NCBI GenBank assembly: GCA_002309475.1
Contig: DBXJ01000022.1
Location: 1 to 54,000, forward strand
DNA length: 54,000 nt
Source of the DNA: Bacteroidales bacterium UBA1215
GTDB lineage: Bacteria; Bacteroidota; Bacteroidia; Bacteroidales; WCHB1-69
Reading direction: 5' to 3'
Below the pieces are notes generated by a model. The model did no database searches and was not told the DNA's origin. It saw only the letters and a program-made list of their open reading frames with translations. Position 1 is the stretch's first letter. Each line of letters starts with the position of its first letter. A program made the translations under genes and the position numbers. This document shows, piece by piece, positions 29,482 to 40,122 of the stretch.

Positions 29482-30288
29482 ATGTCAGCAGAGAGGATTT
29501 TGTATGTAAACCAAGAAATAACACCCTATTTAGAGGCTTCGTATATGTCTATTATAGGTAGATACCTCCCACAAAGTATTCAAGAAAAAGGATTGGAGAT
29601 ACGCACTTTTATGCCTCGATACGGCTTAATCAATGAAAGAAGAAATCAATTGCATGAAGTTATTCGCCTTTCTGGTCAAAATATAGTCATCAACGACAAT
29701 GACTATCCATTGGTAGTAAAAGTGGCATCCATTCAGTCAATAAGAATGCAGACATATTTTATTGACAGTGAAGATTTCTTTCAAAGAAAATTTATCTTGA
29801 CAGATAAAAACGGCAAATTCTTTTCCGATAATGACGAAAGAGCTATCTTTTATGCAAGAGGAGTGATGGAAACAGTGAAAAATTTAGGTTGGGGACCCAA
29901 CGTAATACATTGTCATGGTTGGATAGCTTGTCTGGTGCCATTGTTTGCAAAAACTTTGTACAAGGACAATCCTTTGTTTAGCAATGCAAAAATTGTCTAT
30001 TCGCTATATGATGAATCGTTTGAGAAGAATTTGAATCGTTCTTTCGGTACCAAATTGAAGGCATGCGGTATTCCTCCGAAAGAAGTAGTCAACAATTATA
30101 AGTCTCCGGGTTATAATGTTACTATGAAAGCCGCTATGCAATATTCCGATGCCATAGTTATTTCTCATCCAAATGTCAGTCAGGAATTGCGAGATTTTGC
30201 AGCAGCTACCGGCAAACCTTTGTTTGAACACAGAGAAGAACAATATGCAGATGATTATTTAGATTTATATAATCAATTAATGCAATAA
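29482..30288 (+). CDS. Glycogen/starch synthase catalytic-domain (GT5 N-terminal) protein
   Basis: EIRTFMPRYGLINERRNQLHEVIRLSG; DNDERAIFY; VIHCHGW. Confidence 0.88.
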   Translation: MSAERILYVNQEITPYLEASYMSIIGRYLPQSIQEKGLEIRTFMPRYGLINERRNQLHEVIRLSGQNIVINDNDYPLVVKVASIQSIRMQTYFIDSEDFFQRKFILTDKNGKFFSDNDERAIFYARGVMETVKNLGWGPNVIHCHGWIACLVPLFAKTLYKDNPLFSNAKIVYSLYDESFEKNLNRSFGTKLKACGIPPKEVVNNYKSPGYNVTMKAAMQYSDAIVISHPNVSQELRDFAAATGKPLFEHREEQYADDYLDLYNQLMQ

Positions 30289-30293
30289 TTAAA

Positions 30294-31631
30294 ATGGTTG
30301 TTTTGAAAAAAATAGGTGGCGGTATAATTTTAACTGCTTGTTTATTTTTAGTAATAGTTTCATGCAAAAAAGAAATAGGCTCAGCCGGATTAGATTTACA
30401 ACCGGACGATGAATTGTTGAATACCATATTCTTTGATACAGCCACTATACAGGCCTATTCTACTTATCATTTCGATAGTATTGCTACCAACGGAGTAATG
30501 TATAACATGTTAGGATATTTAAACGATCCTATTTTTGGTACAGTGCAAGCAGGATTCTATGCCCAGTGTCGTTTATCTACCTTTGGTGCCGATTTCGGTG
30601 CCAATCCGGTAGTTGATTCCTTGGTATTGCAATTGGTATATACGCTTCCCTACGGGGATACTTTGCAGCCTTTCAGAGTGCATGTTTACGAATTGCAAGA
30701 AGATTTGAAATATGGAACAACTTATTACAGCAATACTTCTCTGCAAACAGATGGTGAAGATTTGGTGGATGGCACCTATGATGCTTATCCGAGACCCAAA
30801 ACCATCACCGATACTTCCATCAATGCACCTGTATTTAGAATTCCATTGAAGAAATCGTTTGCAGAAAACAAATTTGTCAGCCGGTCGAAAGGAAATGAGT
30901 TTAACTCAAATGCTGCTTTTTTGGAATATTTTAAGGGTTTGTATGTAGTTGCAGATTTGGTGCAAGGTGACGGAAGTATAGTGTCGGTAAGTTTAACGAA
31001 CGACAATTCTGCATTAACCATGTATTATCACGATGCCAACGATCCTTCAACGGCATTGAAGTATAGAATGGTAATTTCCGATTCATCGGTGAGAGTGGGA
31101 ACTATCAATCACAACGATTATGCAGAAGCCGAACAGGAATTGCAAGATCAATTGCATGGAGATTATACATCTACAACAGAAAAATTGTATGTCCAAACGG
31201 GATTAGGTGTCAAAACCATTGTGTCGTTTCCGAATATCAAACAGCAATTTGAAGGAAAGAAAATTATCGTTCATCGTGCTGAATTGGTGATGACAAGAAT
31301 GAATAATACCGATACCACACAATATGGCATACCATCATCGGTGTATCTTACCAGACTGGATTCCACCACCATGAAACCCACGTATGTGGCAGACTATTAT
31401 GTCTATTTAGGTGGGGCATACGACTCAAAAAAAGACGAATATAGAATTAGAGTAACAAAACATCTTCAATATTTGATAGAAGGAACAAGTACAGCCAACG
31501 ATGTCAGTTTGATTCTTACAGCCGCGGCTACCCGTATGAACAGAGTAGTATTTTATGGAACCAATCCGGCTAGTTTAAGTAGCAAACGAATGAGATTGGA
31601 AATGTATTATACAGAAATAGAACAAAAATAA
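30294..31631 (+). CDS. DUF4270 family lipoprotein
   Basis: Lipobox VSC; LGYLNDPIFG; FLEYFKGLY; position between the GT5 gene and glmS. Confidence 0.8.
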   Translation: MVVLKKIGGGIILTACLFLVIVSCKKEIGSAGLDLQPDDELLNTIFFDTATIQAYSTYHFDSIATNGVMYNMLGYLNDPIFGTVQAGFYAQCRLSTFGADFGANPVVDSLVLQLVYTLPYGDTLQPFRVHVYELQEDLKYGTTYYSNTSLQTDGEDLVDGTYDAYPRPKTITDTSINAPVFRIPLKKSFAENKFVSRSKGNEFNSNAAFLEYFKGLYVVADLVQGDGSIVSVSLTNDNSALTMYYHDANDPSTALKYRMVISDSSVRVGTINHNDYAEAEQELQDQLHGDYTSTTEKLYVQTGLGVKTIVSFPNIKQQFEGKKIIVHRAELVMTRMNNTDTTQYGIPSSVYLTRLDSTTMKPTYVADYYVYLGGAYDSKKDEYRIRVTKHLQYLIEGTSTANDVSLILTAAATRMNRVVFYGTNPASLSSKRMRLEMYYTEIEQK

Positions 31632-31648
31632 ACGATAATAGATAGACT

Positions 31649-33490
31649 ATGTGTGGAATAGTTGGATATGTTGGAAATAAAGAGGCATTCCCGGTTTTGA
31701 TAAAGGGATTGTATCGCATGGAATATAGAGGTTATGATAGTGCAGGCGTGGCAATTGTAAAAGAAAACGAAATCAATATACATAAATGCCATGGGCGGGT
31801 AAGCGACTTGGAAGAATTTTGTAAAGATAAAGATGTAACAGGCACTTGCGGTATTGCACATACACGTTGGGCAACACATGGTGAACCAAACGATCAAAAT
31901 GCCCACCCTCATTTTTCTTCCGATAAAAAAATAGCCTTGATACACAATGGTATTATTGAAAATCATCTCACTTTGAAGGTGGCTTTGGAGAAAAATGGAT
32001 ATATCTTTAATAGTGAGACAGATACGGAAGTATTGATTCATTTAATAGAAGATGTAAAGAAAAATGAAAATTTACCATTGGCAGAGGCAGTGCGAGTGGC
32101 TCTTTCACAAGTGGTCGGCACATACGGTATTATTGTAGTTTCATCCGATGAACCCGACACATTGATAGTGGCAAAAAAAGGCAGTCCTGTTATTATCGGT
32201 TTCGGCAAAAATGAATATTATGTGGCTTCAGATGGAGCGGCTTTGATAGAATATACCAACAAAGTAGTCTATTTAAACGACGAAGAAATAGCTGTATTGA
32301 CCCCCGGCAACGATTTGCAAGTGAAGACAATAAAAAACAAAAAAGTATCTCACTATGCCGAGAAGTTGCAATTGAGTTTGGAAGAATTGGAAAAAGGCGG
32401 CTATCCACATTTTATGTTAAAAGAAATCTACGAACAACCGCGTTCTATCGCCGATAGTATGCGTGGTCGTTTGAATTTGAAAAAAGATGTGGTATCTTTA
32501 GGCGGTATTGTGGAATACGAAGACCGTCTTTTGAATGCACGAAGAATAGTGATAGTGGCATGCGGAACATCGTATCATGCAGGGTTGGTAGGAGAACATT
32601 TGTTTGAAGATTTGTTGCGAATTCCCGTGGAAGTGGAATATGCATCAGAATTCAGATACAGAAATCCTGTCATCTATGAAGACGATGTCGTGATAGCCAT
32701 TTCTCAGTCAGGAGAAACTGCAGATACTTTGGCAGCCATAGAATTGTCAAAGAAAAAAGGTGCCACTGTATTGGGTATTTGCAATGTAGTAGGTTCTTCT
32801 ATAGCACGTGCAACAGATGCAGGTTCATATACGCATGCAGGTCCGGAAATCGGTGTGGCATCGACAAAAGCCTTTACCGCACAAGTAACGGTGTTGGCAT
32901 TGATGGCATTGTGTTTGGCCGACAAGAAGAAGAAAATCCCGAAAAAACAATATGTACGTATGGTGGAAGCCTTGGAAAAAATTCCCGATCAAGTGAAACA
33001 AATATTGCAGTCGGATGAGAAGGTAAAAGAAATAGCCTCTTATATAAAAGACCATACCAACGCCCTTTATTTAGGTAGAAATTACAACTATCCCGTAGCC
33101 TTGGAAGGTGCTTTAAAATTGAAGGAAATTTCTTATATTCATGCAGAAGGCTATCCGGCAGCAGAAATGAAGCACGGTCCTATTGCATTGATAGATGAAA
33201 ATATGCCTGTTATTGTCATCGCTGTCAATTCGGCCACATACGAAAAAGTTGTCAGCAATATTCAAGAAGTAAAAGCAAGAAAAGGCAAAATAATTTCTAT
33301 TGTCACCGAAGGAGATAAAGATGTGGCGGCTTTGTCAGATTATGTAATAGAAATACCAAAAACAGAAGAACTTTTTACACCTATATTGACAAGTATTCCA
33401 TTGCAATTGTTAGCATATCATGCTGCAGTGATGTGTGGAAGAGATGTGGACAGACCCAGAAATTTAGCAAAATCAGTAACAGTAGAATAA
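31649..33490 (+). CDS. glmS: Glutamine--fructose-6-phosphate aminotransferase
   Basis: MCGIVG; EYRGYDSAG; HTRWATHG; SQSGETADT; PRNLAKSVTVE. Confidence 0.98.
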   Translation: MCGIVGYVGNKEAFPVLIKGLYRMEYRGYDSAGVAIVKENEINIHKCHGRVSDLEEFCKDKDVTGTCGIAHTRWATHGEPNDQNAHPHFSSDKKIALIHNGIIENHLTLKVALEKNGYIFNSETDTEVLIHLIEDVKKNENLPLAEAVRVALSQVVGTYGIIVVSSDEPDTLIVAKKGSPVIIGFGKNEYYVASDGAALIEYTNKVVYLNDEEIAVLTPGNDLQVKTIKNKKVSHYAEKLQLSLEELEKGGYPHFMLKEIYEQPRSIADSMRGRLNLKKDVVSLGGIVEYEDRLLNARRIVIVACGTSYHAGLVGEHLFEDLLRIPVEVEYASEFRYRNPVIYEDDVVIAISQSGETADTLAAIELSKKKGATVLGICNVVGSSIARATDAGSYTHAGPEIGVASTKAFTAQVTVLALMALCLADKKKKIPKKQYVRMVEALEKIPDQVKQILQSDEKVKEIASYIKDHTNALYLGRNYNYPVALEGALKLKEISYIHAEGYPAAEMKHGPIALIDENMPVIVIAVNSATYEKVVSNIQEVKARKGKIISIVTEGDKDVAALSDYVIEIPKTEELFTPILTSIPLQLLAYHAAVMCGRDVDRPRNLAKSVTVE

Positions 33491-33497
33491 GAGCGAC

Positions 33498-34196
33498 ATG
33501 AAAAAGAAAGATTTTTTAGTCATATTAATTGTAGTTTTGTTTTTTGCACCGTTTTTTATTTTTCATCCATTGTATAATGCTTATTTAAATGTCAATCGTT
33601 CAAATCCGTATTTGATGGCATTTGTAAAATTTGCTCTTTTGTCCACATTTGGAGAAATGTTGGCCATGAGAATAAAAACAGGTGAGTATTACAACAAAAA
33701 TTTCGGTGTAGCAGCCAAGGCAATCGTATGGGGATTTTTAGGAATGTGGATAGCATTGGCGATGAATGTTTTCTCCTCGGGTGTACCAATAATTGTAGAT
33801 AGGTTGATAGGCGGTCACGATATAACAAATGCCATGCAAGGTAATTTTACAATTATGAAGTTGGTAGGAGCTTTTTGTATCAGTGTGATGATGAATACCA
33901 GTTTTGCTCCTGTTTTTATGACCCTTCATAAATTGTTTGACATACATATTGCAAATAACAATGGACAATTGAAATGTTTGGCAAAACCTATGCGTTGTGC
34001 AGAAGGTTTGTCAAAAATCAATTGGGATGTACAATGGAATTTTGTTTTCAAAAAAACCGTTCCATTGTTCTGGATTCCTGCTCATACACTTACATTCTGC
34101 CTGCCAAAAGATTTTCAAGTGTTGTTTGCAGCATTGTTGGGTATAGCCTTAGGATTGATTTTGGCAATTGCCTCTATTATGGGCAATAAAAAATAA
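33498..34196 (+). CDS. Membrane protein, Mpv17/PMP22-like
   Basis: Several hydrophobic segments; KTVPLFWIPAHTLTFCLP. Confidence 0.7.
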   Translation: MKKKDFLVILIVVLFFAPFFIFHPLYNAYLNVNRSNPYLMAFVKFALLSTFGEMLAMRIKTGEYYNKNFGVAAKAIVWGFLGMWIALAMNVFSSGVPIIVDRLIGGHDITNAMQGNFTIMKLVGAFCISVMMNTSFAPVFMTLHKLFDIHIANNNGQLKCLAKPMRCAEGLSKINWDVQWNFVFKKTVPLFWIPAHTLTFCLPKDFQVLFAALLGIALGLILAIASIMGNKK

Positions 34197-34216
34197 GAAA
34201 ACAAATACTTATATCA

Positions 34217-35122
34217 ATGATTGAGAAGCGAATCTTGGGTCTCGTTTTTGTCAGTATTCTCTTATTGCTTAGTTGTAGCAGTCGAGCAGTAGTGGAAGAT
34301 GACGAAAATTGGCTAGATGACCCGATTGAAACCTATTCTATCATTAAAGAAGATTCTTCGGGAATAGATATTGTATCACTTTCAGATAACAATCCCTTGG
34401 CTATTAGAAAAATGATAGCAAGATACGAAATTCCGGAAAAAACTTTGGCAGAAAAGGAAAAAGTATTGTATGCCATGTTGGATACTTTGCAGGTATTGAG
34501 TAGTATGGAACACGAGAATATTTATAATTGTGTGGATTCTTTGAATTATATGGTAGTACATTATATGCAAAGTATTCTCTCCGACAGAAAAACAATATAC
34601 GCTCCTTTGAAACATAAATTGTTGAAAGTGGTTTCATCCGCTGACAAATCCATGAATATTTATTCTTGGAATGAAAACATCGGTGTTGGCATAGCCTCCA
34701 ATATGAATGTTATTCAATATTTAACACAAGATAAGGCATTGAAAGTGCAATTTTGTGGATTTTTGCCCGATAGTTTGAAAAATAATTTCACTACCGGTGT
34801 GCCTGTTTCAATTTACAAATTAAATCATAAAAATGACGGCAATTTGTATTTAGTGAATATGGAAGGTGCTGTTAGTAAAAAATCGTTTTATAAAGGATCT
34901 ACCGTTTTGCAAGTATTGAATGACTCGCTTATATTTGATTATGAGTGTTTCGAATCGGGAGAAAAAAATTATATCATGTTGCACCCTGCGGAAGTGGATG
35001 TGGCTTGTAGTTTTAATTATAAAACCAACCAATTAACATATAGAGTAAAAGAGCAGTCAAAGGTAACCACGCAGGTGGTATATGTTTTTAACGGAGAACA
35101 ATTTGTCCTAAAACAAGATTGA
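34217..35122 (+). CDS. Hypothetical lipoprotein
   Basis: Lipobox LLSC; SADKSMNIYSWN. Confidence 0.7.
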   Translation: MIEKRILGLVFVSILLLLSCSSRAVVEDDENWLDDPIETYSIIKEDSSGIDIVSLSDNNPLAIRKMIARYEIPEKTLAEKEKVLYAMLDTLQVLSSMEHENIYNCVDSLNYMVVHYMQSILSDRKTIYAPLKHKLLKVVSSADKSMNIYSWNENIGVGIASNMNVIQYLTQDKALKVQFCGFLPDSLKNNFTTGVPVSIYKLNHKNDGNLYLVNMEGAVSKKSFYKGSTVLQVLNDSLIFDYECFESGEKNYIMLHPAEVDVACSFNYKTNQLTYRVKEQSKVTTQVVYVFNGEQFVLKQD

Positions 35123-36936
35123 TGAAGGATATTAAGAAGTTGTTGGGTTTATTAAAACTGCATACATTCAAATTGTGTGTAGTTTCTTTTTTTAATATGC
35201 TTGCAACAATTTTTTCCTTGTTTTCGGTGACTTTTCTGGCACCTTTTTTATCATTGATATTTAATCAGGTGGATGCAAACATGGAGAAACCTGTGCTTGT
35301 ATTTTCTTCCGATTCTTTATTGTCGATGGTAAAATACTATTTGTCTATTTTGGTGGCGGGTCATGGCGTTGTCGTTGCTTTGATAATCATGCTGTTAATT
35401 GTGTTTCTCATGTTCTTTTTGTGTAAATTGTTTTCTTATTTGGCAATATGTGTATATGTGCCGGTGAGAACCTCAATTATAGAAGATTATAGAAACAAAG
35501 CATACAAAAAGATATTAAATTTACCATTTTCCTATTTGTCAACTCACAAAAAAGGGGATATTATTTCATTGGTAATCAACGATGTTCAAGAGATTGATAA
35601 TTCCTTGTTGGATCCTTTGCAGTCTTTACTCAATTATCCTTTGATGATAGTGATGTATTTGTTGGCATTGTTTTTTACCAGTACTCATTTGACAATATTT
35701 GTTTTAGTGTTGTTGCCGTTGTCGGGTTTGGCAATTAGTGGCATTCAACGAAAATTGAAGTCAAAATCCGCTCAAGCTAAATCCTATCAAGCTGAAATGA
35801 CAGGTGTTACCGAAGAAGGTATCTATGCATTGAGGGTGATAAAGGCATTCAATGCTATTGGTTTTATGAATAATTATTTCAGACGCATCAACGATCAATA
35901 TACCAAAACCTATATCAAAGTTTCCCGTAAACGGGATTTGTCGTCTCCATTCGGAGAATTTATGGGAATGGTGATAGTGGTGTGTATTTTGTTGTTTGGC
36001 AGTGTAATGGTGCTGTCAACAAAGGGAATGTTGCCGGAATTATTTGTGGCATATATTGCCATGTTTACACAAATTATCAATCCAGTAAAATCGGTGGCAG
36101 ATGCAACTGCCAACTTGAAAAAAGGATATGCTTCAGTGGATAGAATTGAAACATTGCTGAATGAAACGGAACAATGCCAAACCGGAATTGCCATCGAAAA
36201 AGATAGTTTTGAAAAGGAAATTCTATTTACTGATGTCAGTTTTTCGTATGGCGAAAAACCTGTTTTGCAAGGTGTAAATATATGCATTCCCAAAGGTAAA
36301 AAAATCGCTATTTGCGGCATGTCCGGTGCCGGAAAAACAACTATTGTCAGTCTTTTATTGCGTTTTTATGATGTTTCTTCCGGAAAAATTACTATTGACG
36401 GTATAAATATCAACGATATTCAAATAGGCAGTTTGTTGTCCTTGTTCGGAGTGGTTTCGCAAGAAAGTATTTTGTTCAATGACAGCATATATAATAATAT
36501 TCTTTTGGGGCAAAAGAATGTAAGTGAACAAGATGTTTACAAGGCGGCTCAAGTAGCCAATGCAGAGTTGTTTATCAAAGAATTTGAAGATGCTTATCAA
36601 ACCAACGTTGGCGATAGAGGTGCCAAATTGTCCGGTGGACAACAGCAAAGGATAAGTATTGCCCGAGCTTTGTTGAAAAATCCGCCTATTTTAATATTAG
36701 ATGAAGCCACATCGGCTTTGGATGTTCAAACCGAACGAATGGTGCAAACGTCGATAGACCACCTTGCAGATGGAAAAACTTGTATTATTATCGCTCATAG
36801 ATTGTCAACAATTGTCAATGCAGACGAAATATATGTGCTTGAAGGAGGAAAAGTTGTTGAAAAAGGGTCGCACAAAGATTTGATTAATAAAGGTGGTGTC
36901 TATAAACAAATGGTTGATATGCAATCGTTTGAGTAA
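35119..36936 (+). CDS. MsbA-like ABC exporter (TMD plus NBD)
   Basis: TM domain; GMSGAGKT; LSGGQQQRISIARA; ILDEATSALD; IAHRLST. Confidence 0.93.
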   Translation: MMKDIKKLLGLLKLHTFKLCVVSFFNMLATIFSLFSVTFLAPFLSLIFNQVDANMEKPVLVFSSDSLLSMVKYYLSILVAGHGVVVALIIMLLIVFLMFFLCKLFSYLAICVYVPVRTSIIEDYRNKAYKKILNLPFSYLSTHKKGDIISLVINDVQEIDNSLLDPLQSLLNYPLMIVMYLLALFFTSTHLTIFVLVLLPLSGLAISGIQRKLKSKSAQAKSYQAEMTGVTEEGIYALRVIKAFNAIGFMNNYFRRINDQYTKTYIKVSRKRDLSSPFGEFMGMVIVVCILLFGSVMVLSTKGMLPELFVAYIAMFTQIINPVKSVADATANLKKGYASVDRIETLLNETEQCQTGIAIEKDSFEKEILFTDVSFSYGEKPVLQGVNICIPKGKKIAICGMSGAGKTTIVSLLLRFYDVSSGKITIDGININDIQIGSLLSLFGVVSQESILFNDSIYNNILLGQKNVSEQDVYKAAQVANAELFIKEFEDAYQTNVGDRGAKLSGGQQQRISIARALLKNPPILILDEATSALDVQTERMVQTSIDHLADGKTCIIIAHRLSTIVNADEIYVLEGGKVVEKGSHKDLINKGGVYKQMVDMQSFE

Positions 36937-37026
36937 TGATTTCGGCATGGATTTCAACAAGAAAAAAATGTTGAATAATCATGATAAATTTTTCAAAAAA
37001 AGAACGTAAATTATTTATTTTTTTTG

Positions 37027-37034
37027 TATCTTTG
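37027..37034 (+). promoter_or_regulatory. -7 promoter element for buk
   Basis: TATCTTTG. Confidence 0.65.
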
Positions 37035-37087
37035 CAAATTGAATAGGAATAACAATTTTATCAAACAAAGAATAAAAAAATAATATA

Positions 37088-38176
37088 ATGGCAAAAAATA
37101 TAATATTAGCAATCAATCCTGGAGCAACTTCTACAAAAGTATCAGTTTATGAAGGCGAACAGGAAGTTTTTACAGAAAATATCAGTCATCCATTAGAAGA
37201 AATTCAAAAATTTGCAGAAGTAGCTGATCAATTCGACTATCGCAAACAAGCAATTTTGGAAATGTTGGATAAACACGGAGTTGGCAGACACGATGTTGCC
37301 ATAGTGATAGGTCGTGGAGGTTTAACCCGTCCTTGTGAATCAGGAACATATAGAGTCAACGAATTGATGAAGCAAGAATGTCATGAAGGTATTCAAGGCA
37401 AGCATGCTTGCAATTTGGGTGCGTTAATCGCCGACAGTATTGCAAAAGATTTCGGTTTGAAAGATGCATATATTGCCGATCCGGGTATTGTTGACGAACG
37501 TCCGGATTTTGCAAAAATCACCGGACATCCGGTATTTGATATGGATCCTGCAAAAGAGGGTGTAATTTGGCATTGCCTCAACCAAAAAATGACAGCAAAA
37601 TTGTATGCTCGTGAAATAGGGAAAAAATACGAAGATTTGAATTTGATTATTGCACACCTTGGCGGTGGCGTATCGGTCGGCATGCACAACCACGGCAGAA
37701 CAGTGGAAGTAAATCGTGCTTTGTGTGGATTGGGGGCATTTTCTCCAACCCGTTCCGGTTCTATCAATGCCAGCAAATTGATAGATGTTTGCTTCAGTGG
37801 TGATTATACAAAAGAAAAAATCAAAAAGATGATTACTGCTGAAGGTGGCTTTGTAGCATATTTAGGTACCAACGATTCCTTGAAGGTGGAAACCGATGCA
37901 TTGGCAGGCGACCCAAAGAGTCAATTGTTGGTGGAAGCATTCTGCTATCAAGTATCATTGGAAATCAGTCGTTTGGCAGCAGTAGTAGCCGGCAAAGTTG
38001 ATGCTATCTTGTTGACAGGCGGTATAGCCTATAGCAAGCCATGGATGAAAAAAATAATAGAAAGAATCGATTGGATTGCTCCGGTAAAAATCTATAAAGG
38101 TGAAAATGAAATGCTTGCATTGGCTATGTGTGCCAATGAAGTATTGAATGGAACCGCTCCAAAAGAATATAAATAG
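37088..38176 (+). CDS. buk: Butyrate (branched-chain carboxylate) kinase
   Basis: AINPGATSTK; GRGG; HACNLG; HCLNQK; AHLGGGVSV; LTGGIAY; GENEMLAL. Confidence 0.93.
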   Translation: MAKNIILAINPGATSTKVSVYEGEQEVFTENISHPLEEIQKFAEVADQFDYRKQAILEMLDKHGVGRHDVAIVIGRGGLTRPCESGTYRVNELMKQECHEGIQGKHACNLGALIADSIAKDFGLKDAYIADPGIVDERPDFAKITGHPVFDMDPAKEGVIWHCLNQKMTAKLYAREIGKKYEDLNLIIAHLGGGVSVGMHNHGRTVEVNRALCGLGAFSPTRSGSINASKLIDVCFSGDYTKEKIKKMITAEGGFVAYLGTNDSLKVETDALAGDPKSQLLVEAFCYQVSLEISRLAAVVAGKVDAILLTGGIAYSKPWMKKIIERIDWIAPVKIYKGENEMLALAMCANEVLNGTAPKEYK

Positions 38177-38198
38177 TAGTTACAATTATTTAAATATA

Positions 38199-38231
38199 AA
38201 GTTCGAGTCGGTAAAAGGCTCGAATTTTTTT
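38199..38231 (+). terminator. Terminator after buk
   Basis: AAGTTCGAGTC-GGTAAAA-GGCTCGAATTT followed by a T run. Confidence 0.7.
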
Positions 38232-38237
38232 CATAAA

Positions 38238-39350
38238 ATGCGTACCATTCTCATACTGATAAAAAAGGAGTTCTTGCAAATCTTCCGTAACCCGGTGCTA
38301 TGGAAATTGGTAACATTGTTGCCATTGGCAGAATTGTTGGTATTTCCTTTTGCGGCAGATATGGAGATAAAATATTTAAATGTGGCAGTGGTTGACTACG
38401 ACCAATCATCTTTGACAAGAGATTTAACCAATACTTTGGCAGCCACAAAATATTTCAGATTGGTAAACAATGTTCCCAGTCAGCAATTTGGTGAATTGGC
38501 CATGAAAAAAAACAAAGTGGATATTATGATAGAAATTCCACCTAATTTTGAAGTGAATGTATATCGCCAACAACAGCCGACAATCGGAATCACTGCCAAT
38601 GCTGTCAATAGTATGAAGGCTGCCATAGGTGTTGCCTATTTGCAGCAGTTTCTTGGGGATTATTTCAAACAATCGTTACAAAATAATAGTCAGTCAGTGG
38701 CTGCCAACAAAGCGGAACTGACAGTATCGAGGTGGTTTAACAACAAAATGGATTATAAAAAAGCTTTTGTTCCGGGAATTTTAGCCGTCTTGGTCAGTAT
38801 GATAGGAGCTATGCTTTCCACATTGAATATTGTTAGAGAAAAGGAGATAGGTACCATAGAACAGATAAATATTACTCCGATTACCAAAACACAATTCTTC
38901 ATTGGAAAAATGTTTCCGTTTTGGGTGATAGGCATGTTGGAATTTTTTATCGGCATTTGGATAATGATATTCGTGTTTGGTATTCACATTCAAGGTTCTT
39001 TGTCCGCTTTGATGTTGATAACAGCCATATTTCTATTGGCAATGTTGGGATTGGGATTTATGGTGAGTATTTTCGCTGAAAATCAAGTGCAGTCCATGTT
39101 TGTAATGATATTTTTCTTTATAGTATTTATATTGTTGAGTGGTTTGTTTACACCATTGGAAAGTATGCCGCAATGGGCTCAGATTATGAATCTGGTAAAT
39201 CCAATCGCTCATTTTATAGTCATTTTGAAAAGTATTATTCTAAAAGGAAGTTCATTGGTAGATATGCGTTTTTATTTGTTAGGAATGACCATTTTTGCCA
39301 TTGTAACCAATGCAATTACCATAGTATTTTATAAAAATAGAGCAGACTAA
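38238..39350 (+). CDS. ABC-2 type transporter permease (YbhR/YbhS-like)
   Basis: KKEFLQIFRN; AVVDYDQS; VREKEIGTIEQINITP; LSGLFTPLESMP. Start moved to MRTIL at 38238. Confidence 0.9.
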   Translation: MRTILILIKKEFLQIFRNPVLWKLVTLLPLAELLVFPFAADMEIKYLNVAVVDYDQSSLTRDLTNTLAATKYFRLVNNVPSQQFGELAMKKNKVDIMIEIPPNFEVNVYRQQQPTIGITANAVNSMKAAIGVAYLQQFLGDYFKQSLQNNSQSVAANKAELTVSRWFNNKMDYKKAFVPGILAVLVSMIGAMLSTLNIVREKEIGTIEQINITPITKTQFFIGKMFPFWVIGMLEFFIGIWIMIFVFGIHIQGSLSALMLITAIFLLAMLGLGFMVSIFAENQVQSMFVMIFFFIVFILLSGLFTPLESMPQWAQIMNLVNPIAHFIVILKSIILKGSSLVDMRFYLLGMTIFAIVTNAITIVFYKNRAD

Positions 39351-39363
39351 AAAAAATAAAATT

Positions 39364-40119
39364 ATGATAGCATATATAACAGGTGCCACAAGTGGCTTTG
39401 GTAAAGCAATTGCAAGAAAATTAGCTCAGTTGAAATACGATTTAGTTATTACAGGTCGTAGAAAAGAACGTTTGGAAGAATTGGCAGCAACATTGCAGCA
39501 AGAATATCAAATAAAAGTATTGGTTTCTCAATACGATGTTCGTGATTATGAAGCCGTAAAACAAGCTATAGAAAATTTGCCTGAAGAATGGAAAAATATT
39601 GATGTGTTGGTCAATAATGCCGGTTTGGCACTTGGCTTGGGAGGTATTCAAAATGGCGATATTGAAGATTGGAATAGAATGATAGATACCAATGTAAAAG
39701 GTTTGTTGAATGTCAGCCATTTTATTATGCCTTTGATGGTAGCAAAAAAATCCGGCTATATTATCAATATAGGTTCAGTTGCCGGCAAAGAAGTTTATCC
39801 TAATGGCAATGTATATTGTTGTACGAAGCATGCTGTAGATGCTATCAGCAAAGCCATGCGGGTGGATATGTTGCCATACGGTATCAAAGTGAGCCAAATT
39901 TGTCCGGGAGCTGCTGATACGGAATTTTCACTTGTCCGTTTCAAAGGTGATAAAAATGCGGCAGATAATGTTTATAAAGGTTATAAACCTTTGTATGCAG
40001 AAGATATTGCAGATGTGGTGGGATATTTGGTATCTATGCCAAAGTATGTATGTATCAACGATTTAGTGATTACATGCACTTCACAAGCCAATTCGACTAA
40101 TTTCTACAAGCAATTGTAA
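39364..40119 (+). CDS. SDR family oxidoreductase (YdfG-like)
   Basis: TGATSGFG; NNAG; YCCTK (YxxxK); DTEFSLVRF. Confidence 0.92.
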   Translation: MIAYITGATSGFGKAIARKLAQLKYDLVITGRRKERLEELAATLQQEYQIKVLVSQYDVRDYEAVKQAIENLPEEWKNIDVLVNNAGLALGLGGIQNGDIEDWNRMIDTNVKGLLNVSHFIMPLMVAKKSGYIINIGSVAGKEVYPNGNVYCCTKHAVDAISKAMRVDMLPYGIKVSQICPGAADTEFSLVRFKGDKNAADNVYKGYKPLYAEDIADVVGYLVSMPKYVCINDLVITCTSQANSTNFYKQL

Positions 40120-40122
40120 GCA

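Noticed and set aside
36952-36976. TTCAACA/TGTTGAA inverted repeat as a terminator or operator
   Set aside because: Short AT-rich stem without a clear T tract; not supportable.
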